Shown piece after piece: positions 1-7,774 of a stretch of DNA of 40,499 nucleotides. Where the stretch lies: NCBI GenBank assembly GCA_964012805.1, contig CAXGUD010000034.1:1-40499 (forward strand), given 5' to 3'. The first letter of the stretch is position 1. Each line of letters starts with the position of its first letter. The position numbers and the translations under genes were made by a program. This DNA comes from an uncultured Bacteriovoracaceae bacterium. GTDB taxonomy: Bacteria; Bdellovibrionota; Bacteriovoracia; Bacteriovoracales; Bacteriovoracaceae. A model generated the notes under the pieces. The model worked only from the letters and a program-made list of their open reading frames with translations, ran no database searches and was not told where the DNA came from.

Positions 1-46
1 AATCAAAGATTTCGATAAGTTAAATTCATTTTTGGAGTTCTAATTT

Positions 47-124
47 TGGAGGTGACAGGCGGATTTGAACCGCCGGCGGTACGGTTTTGCAAACCGTTCT
101 ATTGGGCCACTCTAGCATGTCACC
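47..124 (-). tRNA. tRNA-Cys (GCA)
   Basis: Reverse complement folds as a cloverleaf: acceptor GGTGACA/TGTCACC, anticodon arm ACGGT-TTGCAAA-ACCGT, T arm GGCGG-TTCAAAT-CCGCC, discriminator U and encoded CCA. Confidence 0.95.
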
Positions 125-144
125 TTAGAGCGCAGAGTGGAGAG

Positions 145-173
145 ATAATGTATTAGAATGATTTAAATGTCAA
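145..173 (-). promoter_or_regulatory. sigma70-type promoter for tRNA-Cys
   Basis: Minus strand TTGACA-N17-CATTAT about 20 nt upstream of the tRNA 5' end. Confidence 0.55.
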
Positions 174-238
174 ACTGATGATTTTAAAAAGCGGTGGAGT
201 CGAAGAACAACAAACTTACTCAATGCAAAATTTAACTT

Positions 239-270
239 CTCGAAAGGCCCGGAGGAAAGGGCCTTTCGAG
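239..270. terminator. 12-bp stem hairpin downstream of the ihfB-like gene
   Basis: CTCGAAAGGCCC-ggaggaaa-GGGCCTTTCGAG perfect inverted repeat just past the stop codon; the U-tract is weak. Confidence 0.55.
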
Positions 271-293
271 CAAAGTTATTCTCTAAAAGAGAA

Positions 294-599
294 TTAAGCT
301 TCTCTAATGTGGTACTTATCCTTACCTTTATCAACCATGTCCTTAAGCTCTTTCCCTACTTTGAAAAAAGGAACTTTCTTAGGAGGGACAGTCACCTCAA
401 GGCCAGTCTTTGGGTTCCTTCCGGTGTAGGCCTTGTAGTTTCTATTCGCAAACGAACCAAAGCCTCTAATCTCAATTCTGTCATCATCGTAAAGAGCGCG
501 AATACAAGCATCAAAAGTGATATTAATCACAGTCTCACTTTGTTTGTGAGTGAGCTTCGCTTGCTTTTCAAGAGCAGCTACAAGATCTGCTTTTGTCAT
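294..599 (-). CDS. ihfB: HU/IHF family DNA-binding protein, IHF beta-like
   Basis: MTKADL start, RIEIRGFGSF, GRNPKTG and PFFKVGKEL motifs. Confidence 0.88.
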   Translation of the reverse strand: MTKADLVAALEKQAKLTHKQSETVINITFDACIRALYDDDRIEIRGFGSFANRNYKAYTGRNPKTGLEVTVPPKKVPFFKVGKELKDMVDKGKDKYHIREA

Positions 600-705
600 A
601 AACTTCTCCCACTTAAACCAATTTTTTTTATTCTTGCCGCCTTAAAATCGGCATAATTTTATGGCGACTTCTCTCATTCTAACCTTAGGCTGCTTTAGAT
701 TCAAC

Positions 706-732
706 ATATCGGAATTATTGGACTTTTCTTAG
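706..732 (-). promoter_or_regulatory. sigma28 (FliA)-like promoter facing the ihfB-like gene
   Basis: Minus strand CTAAG-N15-CCGATAT, matching the spacing of the TAAAG-N15-CCGATAA consensus. Confidence 0.5.
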
Positions 733-854
733 GTTTTGGCCGACAACGGGCCTCAAATAAAGGAAGGCCTTAGAATCTACTCATGAATAGCTATAGACTA
801 AGAACCATCGAGTTTTTGAGGCTTTTCTGGGGGAGCGGTTCGCCCAAAGATCTT

Positions 855-2540
855 ATGCGCAGAATAATTATTCTGGGTCAAATTTGCCTCTTAAACGCAT
901 GCATGAAAGAGATCGATAGCGGAGCGAGGCCCTTAATTTATGACTATTCTCTTTATGGGCCATCTGACGCTCATATTTGCACTGAGTTTTTAAGTGAGGA
1001 TGGGAACTTTTGCCATTCAACCTGCCCGGATGACACCCATGAAGCAAAGAACGCCGAAAAGGAGGCTGCTTACAAAAAGCTCGAAAACACCTTAACAGGT
1101 CTTCCTACCAGGCAATCAGATTACTTAAAACAAAACCTTGAGAGCTCGATAGGAATCTGCCTTCCCGGAGTTGATATCAAAAGGCCCGATGGTGAGGTCT
1201 TTATAAAAAGCACCTTCTGCAGCTGTTTAAATGGCAAAAATGACCTTATAAGTAACTGTGCTACCTTCTGTGCTAACACGAATACTTCTGAGCCCACTCT
1301 CTTCGCTGACGCCTCTTTAGGCCCAAATATCACCTTAAATCAGGAGCTAGGGAGCCTCTATAATTGGTGCCATGCTGAGATTGATGACGGGCTGGTTTCG
1401 CCAAGCTGTGAGCTTAAGGCATGGGATGGAGAAAATACCGTTTACCTCCCCGTTACATTAAACCAATACAAAAATAGCTTTCAAGCAAACCTACAAACCC
1501 TAGAGAGAAATAAAACCTACGTTATGAACTTGGTGGAAAAAACCTCGGGCGCTCAATCCACGGCCTTTCAAATAAGGCGTGTGAACCCTCCTCCCTCAAG
1601 CTCTAATAACGGATATTTTGATATAGATTCTTTGTATAACCTTGGCCCCCTTCAAATGCTCCCAATCTCTCAGTACAGTTGTATCACACGCTCCGGCCAA
1701 ACAACGGATGAAGGCTCCTTTTATAAAAGTGCCGCCCGGGTTCACTATTATTTCCCATCAATCAACGCTCCCGCTGCCCTTGCTCCTGGGAGTAACTTTC
1801 TTACCTGCCACGACACTCAAACCTACGGTGAGAACGACAGTACAGCTTACCCAAGGCTTGAGCTCAACCCCCATATTTTTACCTTTTGGAGTTATAACGA
1901 CATCCGCTTTTTTGATCAAAACCAAAATTCAAAACTTGATATCAACGATGTTTTAGAAACTAGGCTTAAAGAGGTCTATAATGTTGAAAGTGACGTCAAC
2001 ATCTTCTTTGACCTTCCCTGGTATAACCGCCCGAGTGGCGAAAACGATGTTGCCCCCAAACTTGGTATGGTCATGCAACCGTGGATTGATTCAAGCACCG
2101 GCCGAACCTTCTGCCCAACAAGGGACGACTATCATGGCACTATCCCCATCTTCAAGCTTCTAAAGGATCTTGTGGGGGTTGATACTGAGGCCATTTATAT
2201 GAGTGAAAGAGAGCCTCAAGTTCTCCTTACGGATGAGGGGCAATACATTGCCGCCCCTAGTGACGTTCAGCTTATTAGAGAGGGTTTATTAAAGAAAGTC
2301 TGGTTTTATTTTGAAAATGGCGTACCCGTAAGGCCTACGGAAGAGGTGGCGAAAATGAGAACAATTATGTACTACCACCCCATTGACGTTAACTACCCCT
2401 ACACTAAGAAGGCCAATCAAAGCATTTATATTGTCAGGTCTCCTCAAAACATTGGAAAGAGTACTCCAATAAACTCAAATCAAAGCTTAAGCCCTGCTGA
2501 TAAACGCTTTGGATGTATTCCTCTCCTTCATAACGATTAA
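855..2540 (+). CDS. Cys-rich putative lipoprotein, paralog A (unknown function)
   Basis: Likely start ATG 855 gives MRRIIILGQICLLNAC (lipobox-like LNAC); shares many motifs with the next ORF. The ORF track starts at 783. Confidence 0.8.
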   Translation: MRRIIILGQICLLNACMKEIDSGARPLIYDYSLYGPSDAHICTEFLSEDGNFCHSTCPDDTHEAKNAEKEAAYKKLENTLTGLPTRQSDYLKQNLESSIGICLPGVDIKRPDGEVFIKSTFCSCLNGKNDLISNCATFCANTNTSEPTLFADASLGPNITLNQELGSLYNWCHAEIDDGLVSPSCELKAWDGENTVYLPVTLNQYKNSFQANLQTLERNKTYVMNLVEKTSGAQSTAFQIRRVNPPPSSSNNGYFDIDSLYNLGPLQMLPISQYSCITRSGQTTDEGSFYKSAARVHYYFPSINAPAALAPGSNFLTCHDTQTYGENDSTAYPRLELNPHIFTFWSYNDIRFFDQNQNSKLDINDVLETRLKEVYNVESDVNIFFDLPWYNRPSGENDVAPKLGMVMQPWIDSSTGRTFCPTRDDYHGTIPIFKLLKDLVGVDTEAIYMSEREPQVLLTDEGQYIAAPSDVQLIREGLLKKVWFYFENGVPVRPTEEVAKMRTIMYYHPIDVNYPYTKKANQSIYIVRSPQNIGKSTPINSNQSLSPADKRFGCIPLLHND

Positions 2541-2596
2541 AAGACAAAATAAGTCTTCTATTAAGGCCTTCTCCCCTATTAACCGACAATTCCAAC

Positions 2597-4414
2597 ATGA
2601 GAGCTCAATTTATTAAGACCCTCATTCTCATTTTTTTAGTAGCAAGCATGTCTGGCTGTATTCTATCTGGTGACGATGCCTTAAAAAATAGGCCAATCAT
2701 TAAAGACTACTCAATCATTAAAAAAAATACTAGATACTGTACTGAACTAACAGATACTCTTGGTGACAGTTGTGTATTAGAATGTCCTACAGGCCAACTA
2801 CCAGCGACCGAAAAAGAAAAAGAATCAATCCTTTTAGAGCTTAAAAAATACCTTCAAAACCCCCCTAGCGAAGTAGGTACAATTTCTGAAGAAGAACAAG
2901 ACCGTAGAATGAAAAACTTTGAAAACGCCAGAGGTGTTTGCATCGTTAAGGAAAGGAGACCGACGGGGCAAGTTTATATGCAACCAGGTTTTTGTCTGTG
3001 TCGAGGAAACACTGATACTGGTCAAGTCGAACCCGATATGGTTGGTGGTTGGTATATTAAAAATGTAGCAGGCAGTAATAATAACACCTCTTCTAACGTA
3101 TCAATTTTTTCTTATTGTAAAAGCTATTGCAATTCCAAAAGCGAACAAAACCCCATGCTCTATGCAAGTGTTAAAGTTGGTCCAGAAATTCAACTTAATG
3201 AAAAAATGATCGACCTTTATGGCTGGTGTAAAGCCGAACTAGCTGACGGAGTTACCTCCCCTTCCTGTAATGCCCATTTCTATGGCCCTAATGGCGAAAA
3301 TCAAGTGCTTGATGTAACTATAACAAATACTTCTGGAAACAACTTCAAGGTCTTACTTACAGAAGCAATTAAATATGGTGTTCAATATATAATGCGCCTT
3401 GAAGTCCAAGGCCCAGCAGGTTCTCCCAATGCCGTAAGCACCAGTCTCAATTTTATTCGAAAAAGATATAATCAAAACGATATTGTTTTAGGTCCTCTTC
3501 AAATTATGCCCATTTCTCAATACAGCTGTCTTGTAAGGACTGGTACCTACCAAAACACCACAAATGAGTTTTATTATTTAAATGCAGCAAGACTTCATTA
3601 CTACTACGCCGCTAATAGGAAGCCCTCAAACCTTCCACCCAATGAGAGGACTTATACATGCCACGATTTTCAAACATATGGTGAAAATGATGGCCCAAGT
3701 ATTCCGCGCTTTGAACTTATGAGCCATCATATGTCATTATGGAATGCTCAAGACCCTCGCTTTCAAACACTTCAAGGGTCTGAAAGTCCAAAAATTAACA
3801 CCCTCATTCAAAATGACCTCAATGAATTGGCCGGTACCTCGGGAAATGAAATCAACCTTTTTTCAAAGTTTGATTATCAGGTGAAACCACCAACTGCTGA
3901 AAATGAAACGACGAATGCGACTTTGGGTTATATTATGCAACCTTTTATAAACTCGCGTACCAATACTCCTCTTTGTCCAACCAGAGAAGATTACACCTCA
4001 AGTACCCCCCTTTTTAAAATCCTGGGAGATTACATAGGAGTCGACACGGAAGCAGTTTACTTTGCAGAAAGAGAACCTGTGCGCTACCTTGTTCATGAAG
4101 AGGGCTCTTACTCTTTAAAAGAAACTCCAACAGACGTCCTTCTTATTCGAGAAAGCCAACTCAAAAAAATTTGGTTTTTTTATGAAAACGGCCTCCCTAT
4201 AAAAGCCGATGAAAACGCTTCTTATAACAGAACCATCAACTTCTTTTGGCCTCCTGATTACGATTATCCTCTGACAAAAAAAGCCTATCAAAGAGTTTAT
4301 ACGGTTAAGCTTCCTGAGAATATTGGAAAGAGTACTACGACAGAAACTCCTACTGCCACATCTTCAAGAGATAAAAGATATGGGTGCATCCCTAAACTTA
4401 GCGAACCAAAATAA
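2597..4414 (+). CDS. Cys-rich putative lipoprotein, paralog B (unknown function)
   Basis: MRAQFIKTLILIFLVASMSGC signal with lipobox MSGC; paralogous to 855..2540. Confidence 0.85.
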   Translation: MRAQFIKTLILIFLVASMSGCILSGDDALKNRPIIKDYSIIKKNTRYCTELTDTLGDSCVLECPTGQLPATEKEKESILLELKKYLQNPPSEVGTISEEEQDRRMKNFENARGVCIVKERRPTGQVYMQPGFCLCRGNTDTGQVEPDMVGGWYIKNVAGSNNNTSSNVSIFSYCKSYCNSKSEQNPMLYASVKVGPEIQLNEKMIDLYGWCKAELADGVTSPSCNAHFYGPNGENQVLDVTITNTSGNNFKVLLTEAIKYGVQYIMRLEVQGPAGSPNAVSTSLNFIRKRYNQNDIVLGPLQIMPISQYSCLVRTGTYQNTTNEFYYLNAARLHYYYAANRKPSNLPPNERTYTCHDFQTYGENDGPSIPRFELMSHHMSLWNAQDPRFQTLQGSESPKINTLIQNDLNELAGTSGNEINLFSKFDYQVKPPTAENETTNATLGYIMQPFINSRTNTPLCPTREDYTSSTPLFKILGDYIGVDTEAVYFAEREPVRYLVHEEGSYSLKETPTDVLLIRESQLKKIWFFYENGLPIKADENASYNRTINFFWPPDYDYPLTKKAYQRVYTVKLPENIGKSTTTETPTATSSRDKRYGCIPKLSEPK

Positions 4415-4568
4415 AAAAATCAATAAAACAACCATAGACAAAAGTTAAATTAATTAAGCGCACAATACTATTATCAACAGTTCTTTTCTATCTTTTTCTA
4501 TCTTTAAAAGGCCTCCTTTCAAACCTTATTTTTTTATTTTTATTTTTATTTTTTTTATTTTAGAAACC

Positions 4569-4596
4569 TTGACATTTTTTTTTATGAGCATAACTT
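4569..4596 (+). promoter_or_regulatory. sigma70-like promoter with a T9 tract in the spacer
   Basis: TTGACA-TTTTTTTTTATGAGCA(16 nt)-TAACTT, 6 nt before ATG 4603. Confidence 0.5.
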
Positions 4597-4602
4597 ATTG
4601 GC

Positions 4603-4971
4603 ATGGAAACGGTTCTAAAAAATCACAGAACACTTATTACTCTTCTTGGTCTTTGGGCCACACCTTTCTTTATAGGTCATTTCAAAAATGTTGATAAAAG
4701 AAGGGTCGTAAAACCTAAAAAAAGCACCGTCTTTTTTGCTAAAGGAAAAAAGAAGAAGGAAAAAGAAAAGACCTTCAGTCCAAGAAGTACAAAAAGTGAT
4801 TTGATCTTTGATAAAGAACCTGCTCCAACGTCATCTCCTAGGACCCTTCTGACGGCTGTACCTCTTATTTTAAAGGTCAGCCCAGGACAACCAAGAAGAA
4901 AATCTTTTTTAAATGAAGGGCCTTCAAAAAAGGAAAGCGGTCTTTCTCCCCCCTTGCTGGTCCTTATCTAA
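4603..4971 (+). CDS. hypothetical basic protein, possible leader peptide
   Basis: 122-aa ORF directly behind a promoter; N-terminal hydrophobic stretch, Lys-rich linker, C-terminal GLSPP. Confidence 0.45.
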   Translation: METVLKNHRTLITLLGLWATPFFIGHFKNVDKRRVVKPKKSTVFFAKGKKKKEKEKTFSPRSTKSDLIFDKEPAPTSSPRTLLTAVPLILKVSPGQPRRKSFLNEGPSKKESGLSPPLLVLI

Positions 4972-5077
4972 GCTTTTTAAATTTGCATAAATGAACTCAA
5001 GGCCTTCTTTTTTATTTTTTAATAAACAGGGAGCCCTTTGTCTTCTAAAACACCAATAAATCTATAAAGGAGTCTTT

Positions 5078-5428
5078 ATGAATGGTGAGATGGATTCTAT
5101 TGTCAAAATTTCAAGTAATGCTGTTCGTGACCTTATTTCAGATATAAAACGCCGACTTAAAAAGTCTAACCCTGGGGTTGAACACATTAAAGTAGACATT
5201 ACAAAAGATTCCTATTTTTTTAGAGCAAAAATTGAAATGCAAGAAAATATGTTCCACTTCGTTTGTGAAAAAAAGCATGCTTTATGGGAGAAGGCACTTT
5301 TAAGGGCCTACAAAACAGTCATTCAAAAAATGAGGAAACAACAAGATATAAAACAACAAAGAAGAACTAAAAATAGAAAAAAACCCCGCCTAGATTTTCA
5401 TTTCCAAGAATCTATAAACCCTGCCTAA
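5078..5428 (+). CDS. divergent HPF/RaiA (S30AE)-like ribosome-associated protein
   Basis: AAGGAG RBS; 116 aa with an apparent beta-alpha-beta-beta-beta-alpha pattern and a C-terminal helix (EKALLRAYKTVIQKMRKQ) resembling HPF 'YAAIDxAxDKLERQLRK'. Confidence 0.5.
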   Translation: MNGEMDSIVKISSNAVRDLISDIKRRLKKSNPGVEHIKVDITKDSYFFRAKIEMQENMFHFVCEKKHALWEKALLRAYKTVIQKMRKQQDIKQQRRTKNRKKPRLDFHFQESINPA

Positions 5429-5444
5429 AAATCCTTCCTCCTGG

Positions 5445-5489
5445 GGTCCCCACATAAATTGTCTCATAATCTAAAAAGGCGTGGGGGCC
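5445..5489. terminator. hairpin between convergent genes
   Basis: GGTCCCCAC ... GTGGGGGCC imperfect stem with a long loop, between the stops at 5428 and 5551. Confidence 0.35.
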
Positions 5490-5550
5490 TCCCTCTCAAA
5501 ATAAAAAAGATTCAGCACTTAATAAGCAACATTGGTTGGACTCAATTGAG

Positions 5551-6468
5551 CTAGATAAACATAATGACTTCGTCTTTCATTGAATCATCTTTGATTTTTT
5601 TTCTGCCAATTGCTGAATAGAATCTTTGAGGGTTATAGACCTCAAAGAAAAGTTCACAGGTGATTTTAACTCCGTTGACGGTTACATTCCACACATCATG
5701 CACAACCCTAACTTCGTCCAATTCTTCATCACAGTCTATGAAAACAGCATCCTTTTTCCTCATGATCAAAGGCAAACTAGTTGAGACAAAGAGGGCCTCA
5801 TTTTCAAACATTCTTTTTATACCGCCCATACAAACATTGGTAACTTCTTTCATAAAGTCATCAATATCTTCACTCGAGAGGTCTTCGCCAACACTCAAAA
5901 GTTTTTTCTTCTCAACTAAAGGTGATACTTCCTCTCTATCAAAAAATGTTTTTAGACTACAACGAGCATAGTCCAGGTCACCAGCGATAAAACTAAAAAA
6001 TTCATCTTGAGACTTCTCACCGTCCGATTCTATATCTTTAAAAAGAACCTCTTTCTCTTTCACATTACTATTATTTAAATGAACTTTAAGCCGCTCGGAA
6101 GATACTTCACGGCATTGCCTTTTTAGGCCTTCAATATTCTCTGGTATTTTCCTAATTGACTGACCTTTAATATCCTCAAGATTTGAGTAAATGATTTTGG
6201 CCTTTTCATTAATGGGTTTTGTTTTAATCATTGACTCTAAGTCAGTTCCTAAATATTCGCAAACAGCTTCCAGGTAATGGATACTTTTTTTACCTACTCC
6301 TGTTCCAATACGAATTAAATCATGGAGTGTGCTTGTTGGAACACCAACGTTGTAGCAGAGGAAGGCCAAAGAGGTATCTCTTTTTTCTAAAATATGACTT
6401 AGTTTCTTGCTGAAAATCTCAAGAGCTTCTGGAGTCATTCCCACAGGGATCTTTTTCGTATCCATCAT
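5551..6468 (-). CDS. XRE-family HTH protein with a C-terminal CheX-like domain
   Basis: N-terminal LSHILEKRDTSLAFLCYNVGVPTSTLHDLI...LEAVCEYLGTDLESMI (Cro/C1 HTH); C-terminal DDFMKEVTNVCMGGIKRMFE...STSLPLI (CheC/CheX ExxN...P motif); GGGAG RBS before ATG 6468. Confidence 0.75.
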   Translation of the reverse strand: MMDTKKIPVGMTPEALEIFSKKLSHILEKRDTSLAFLCYNVGVPTSTLHDLIRIGTGVGKKSIHYLEAVCEYLGTDLESMIKTKPINEKAKIIYSNLEDIKGQSIRKIPENIEGLKRQCREVSSERLKVHLNNSNVKEKEVLFKDIESDGEKSQDEFFSFIAGDLDYARCSLKTFFDREEVSPLVEKKKLLSVGEDLSSEDIDDFMKEVTNVCMGGIKRMFENEALFVSTSLPLIMRKKDAVFIDCDEELDEVRVVHDVWNVTVNGVKITCELFFEVYNPQRFYSAIGRKKIKDDSMKDEVIMFI

Positions 6469-6828
6469 AAATTCTCCCAGCACAGATTAACTTAGGCCAA
6501 GCAAATGCCCTCCACTAACCTATCCTTAATTCCATTTTATCCTTAACTGAGACTACTTTTTTCTTTTTCCAACCACTCTAAAATTTCAAGATTTCTTAAT
6601 GTTATTTCAGATACTTATAGTCTTCACCTTAGGAAAACATGCCATTAACTCTTAATACTTTACTCAAACAGTGTCTTAAAGTGCCTTAAATTTAAGTTAT
6701 CCTGAAGATAACTTCTCTAAATCTTTAATTTTTAGAATAGTTGAAAGACCTTAAAAACTTTCTCTCTTTGGATGAAACTTAAGAGGCATGACATAATAGA
6801 AATAAACAAAGGAAAAAAGGAAAGAGTC

Positions 6829-7656
6829 ATGACAACTTTTAAGGGAAAGAAGGTACTCATTACTGGTTCTGCGCAAGGATTGGGTCGCTTATTAGCTATC
6901 GAAGCTACTAAAAAAGGTGCTAAAAACCTCATCCTCCTGGACAGAAATTCTGAAGGCCTTAAAAAAATGAAAGAATCTTTAAAAGACTCAGACTGCACAG
7001 TAAATACTTATTCTTGTGACCTTTCTCAAAGAGAAGAAGTATATAAAGTTTCCAATAAAATCCTAGATGAATCTGAAGGAATCGATATTCTGATTTTAAA
7101 CGCTGGCATTGTTCAAGGAAAAAAAATTCTTGAAACAGATGACGACTTGATTGAGAAAACATTTTTAGTAAATTCTATTTCAAACTTTTGGCTCACCAAA
7201 GTTTTTCTTCCAAAAATGATTGAGAAAGATGCGGGTCATATCGTAACAATATCTTCAGTTTCTGCTCTGACATCAACAACTAAGCTCTCTGACTATGCAG
7301 CAAGTAAATCTGCTTCTTTTTCTTTCAACGAATCTCTTCGCCTGGAGCTGGCGGATCTAAACTCCAACGTAAAAACAACTGTCATTTGTCCCTATTATAT
7401 AAGTACAGGAATGTTTGAAGGGGTCAAACCAAAATTCTCCTTTATTTTAGACTTTCTTAAACCAAAAGAAATCTGCAGAAAAGTGATTAGAAGCATCGAA
7501 AAAAATAAGGAAATTTTAATAACACCAAACTTCTGCTTAACCATCTTTATAGCAAGGCTATTTCCCCCTTTTATAGGTGATTGGCTCCACAGATTTATGG
7601 GAATTAACAAAGGTATGGATGACTTTATTGGAAGGAAAAATAATGAATTAAAGTAA
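6829..7656 (+). CDS. short-chain dehydrogenase/reductase (retinol dehydrogenase / 17beta-HSD11-like subgroup)
   Basis: TGSAQGLG, NAG, catalytic S and YAASK, CPYYISTGMF; likely start ATG 6829. Confidence 0.92.
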   Translation: MTTFKGKKVLITGSAQGLGRLLAIEATKKGAKNLILLDRNSEGLKKMKESLKDSDCTVNTYSCDLSQREEVYKVSNKILDESEGIDILILNAGIVQGKKILETDDDLIEKTFLVNSISNFWLTKVFLPKMIEKDAGHIVTISSVSALTSTTKLSDYAASKSASFSFNESLRLELADLNSNVKTTVICPYYISTGMFEGVKPKFSFILDFLKPKEICRKVIRSIEKNKEILITPNFCLTIFIARLFPPFIGDWLHRFMGINKGMDDFIGRKNNELK

Positions 7657-7668
7657 AAAAAAGTTTCA

Positions 7669-7698
7669 AAATATCATTTCATTTTTTAAATGATATTT
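7669..7698. terminator. AT-rich 11-bp inverted repeat after the SDR gene
   Basis: AAATATCATTT-N8-AAATGATATTT followed by T-rich sequence. Confidence 0.35.
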
Positions 7699-7774
7699 AT
7701 TTTATTTCTCATTTAAAGGTCTGATTTTTATAAGAAAACATAATAAAAATTAGATATTATCCGATACCAAAGAT

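Noticed and set aside
309..656. 115-aa plus-strand ORF
   Set aside because: Antisense shadow of the ihfB-like gene
1..4414. Integrative element at tRNA-Cys
   Set aside because: No integrase or att duplication seen; the tRNA 3' end points out of the window, so an island cannot be assessed here
47..4414. Functional link between tRNA-Cys and the adjacent Cys-rich lipoproteins
   Set aside because: Opposite strands, separated by ihfB-like and a hairpin; proximity alone is not evidence
4480..4585. T-rich short repeats as a CRISPR or iteron array
   Set aside because: Low-complexity sequence with no repeat-spacer periodicity and no cas or rep genes
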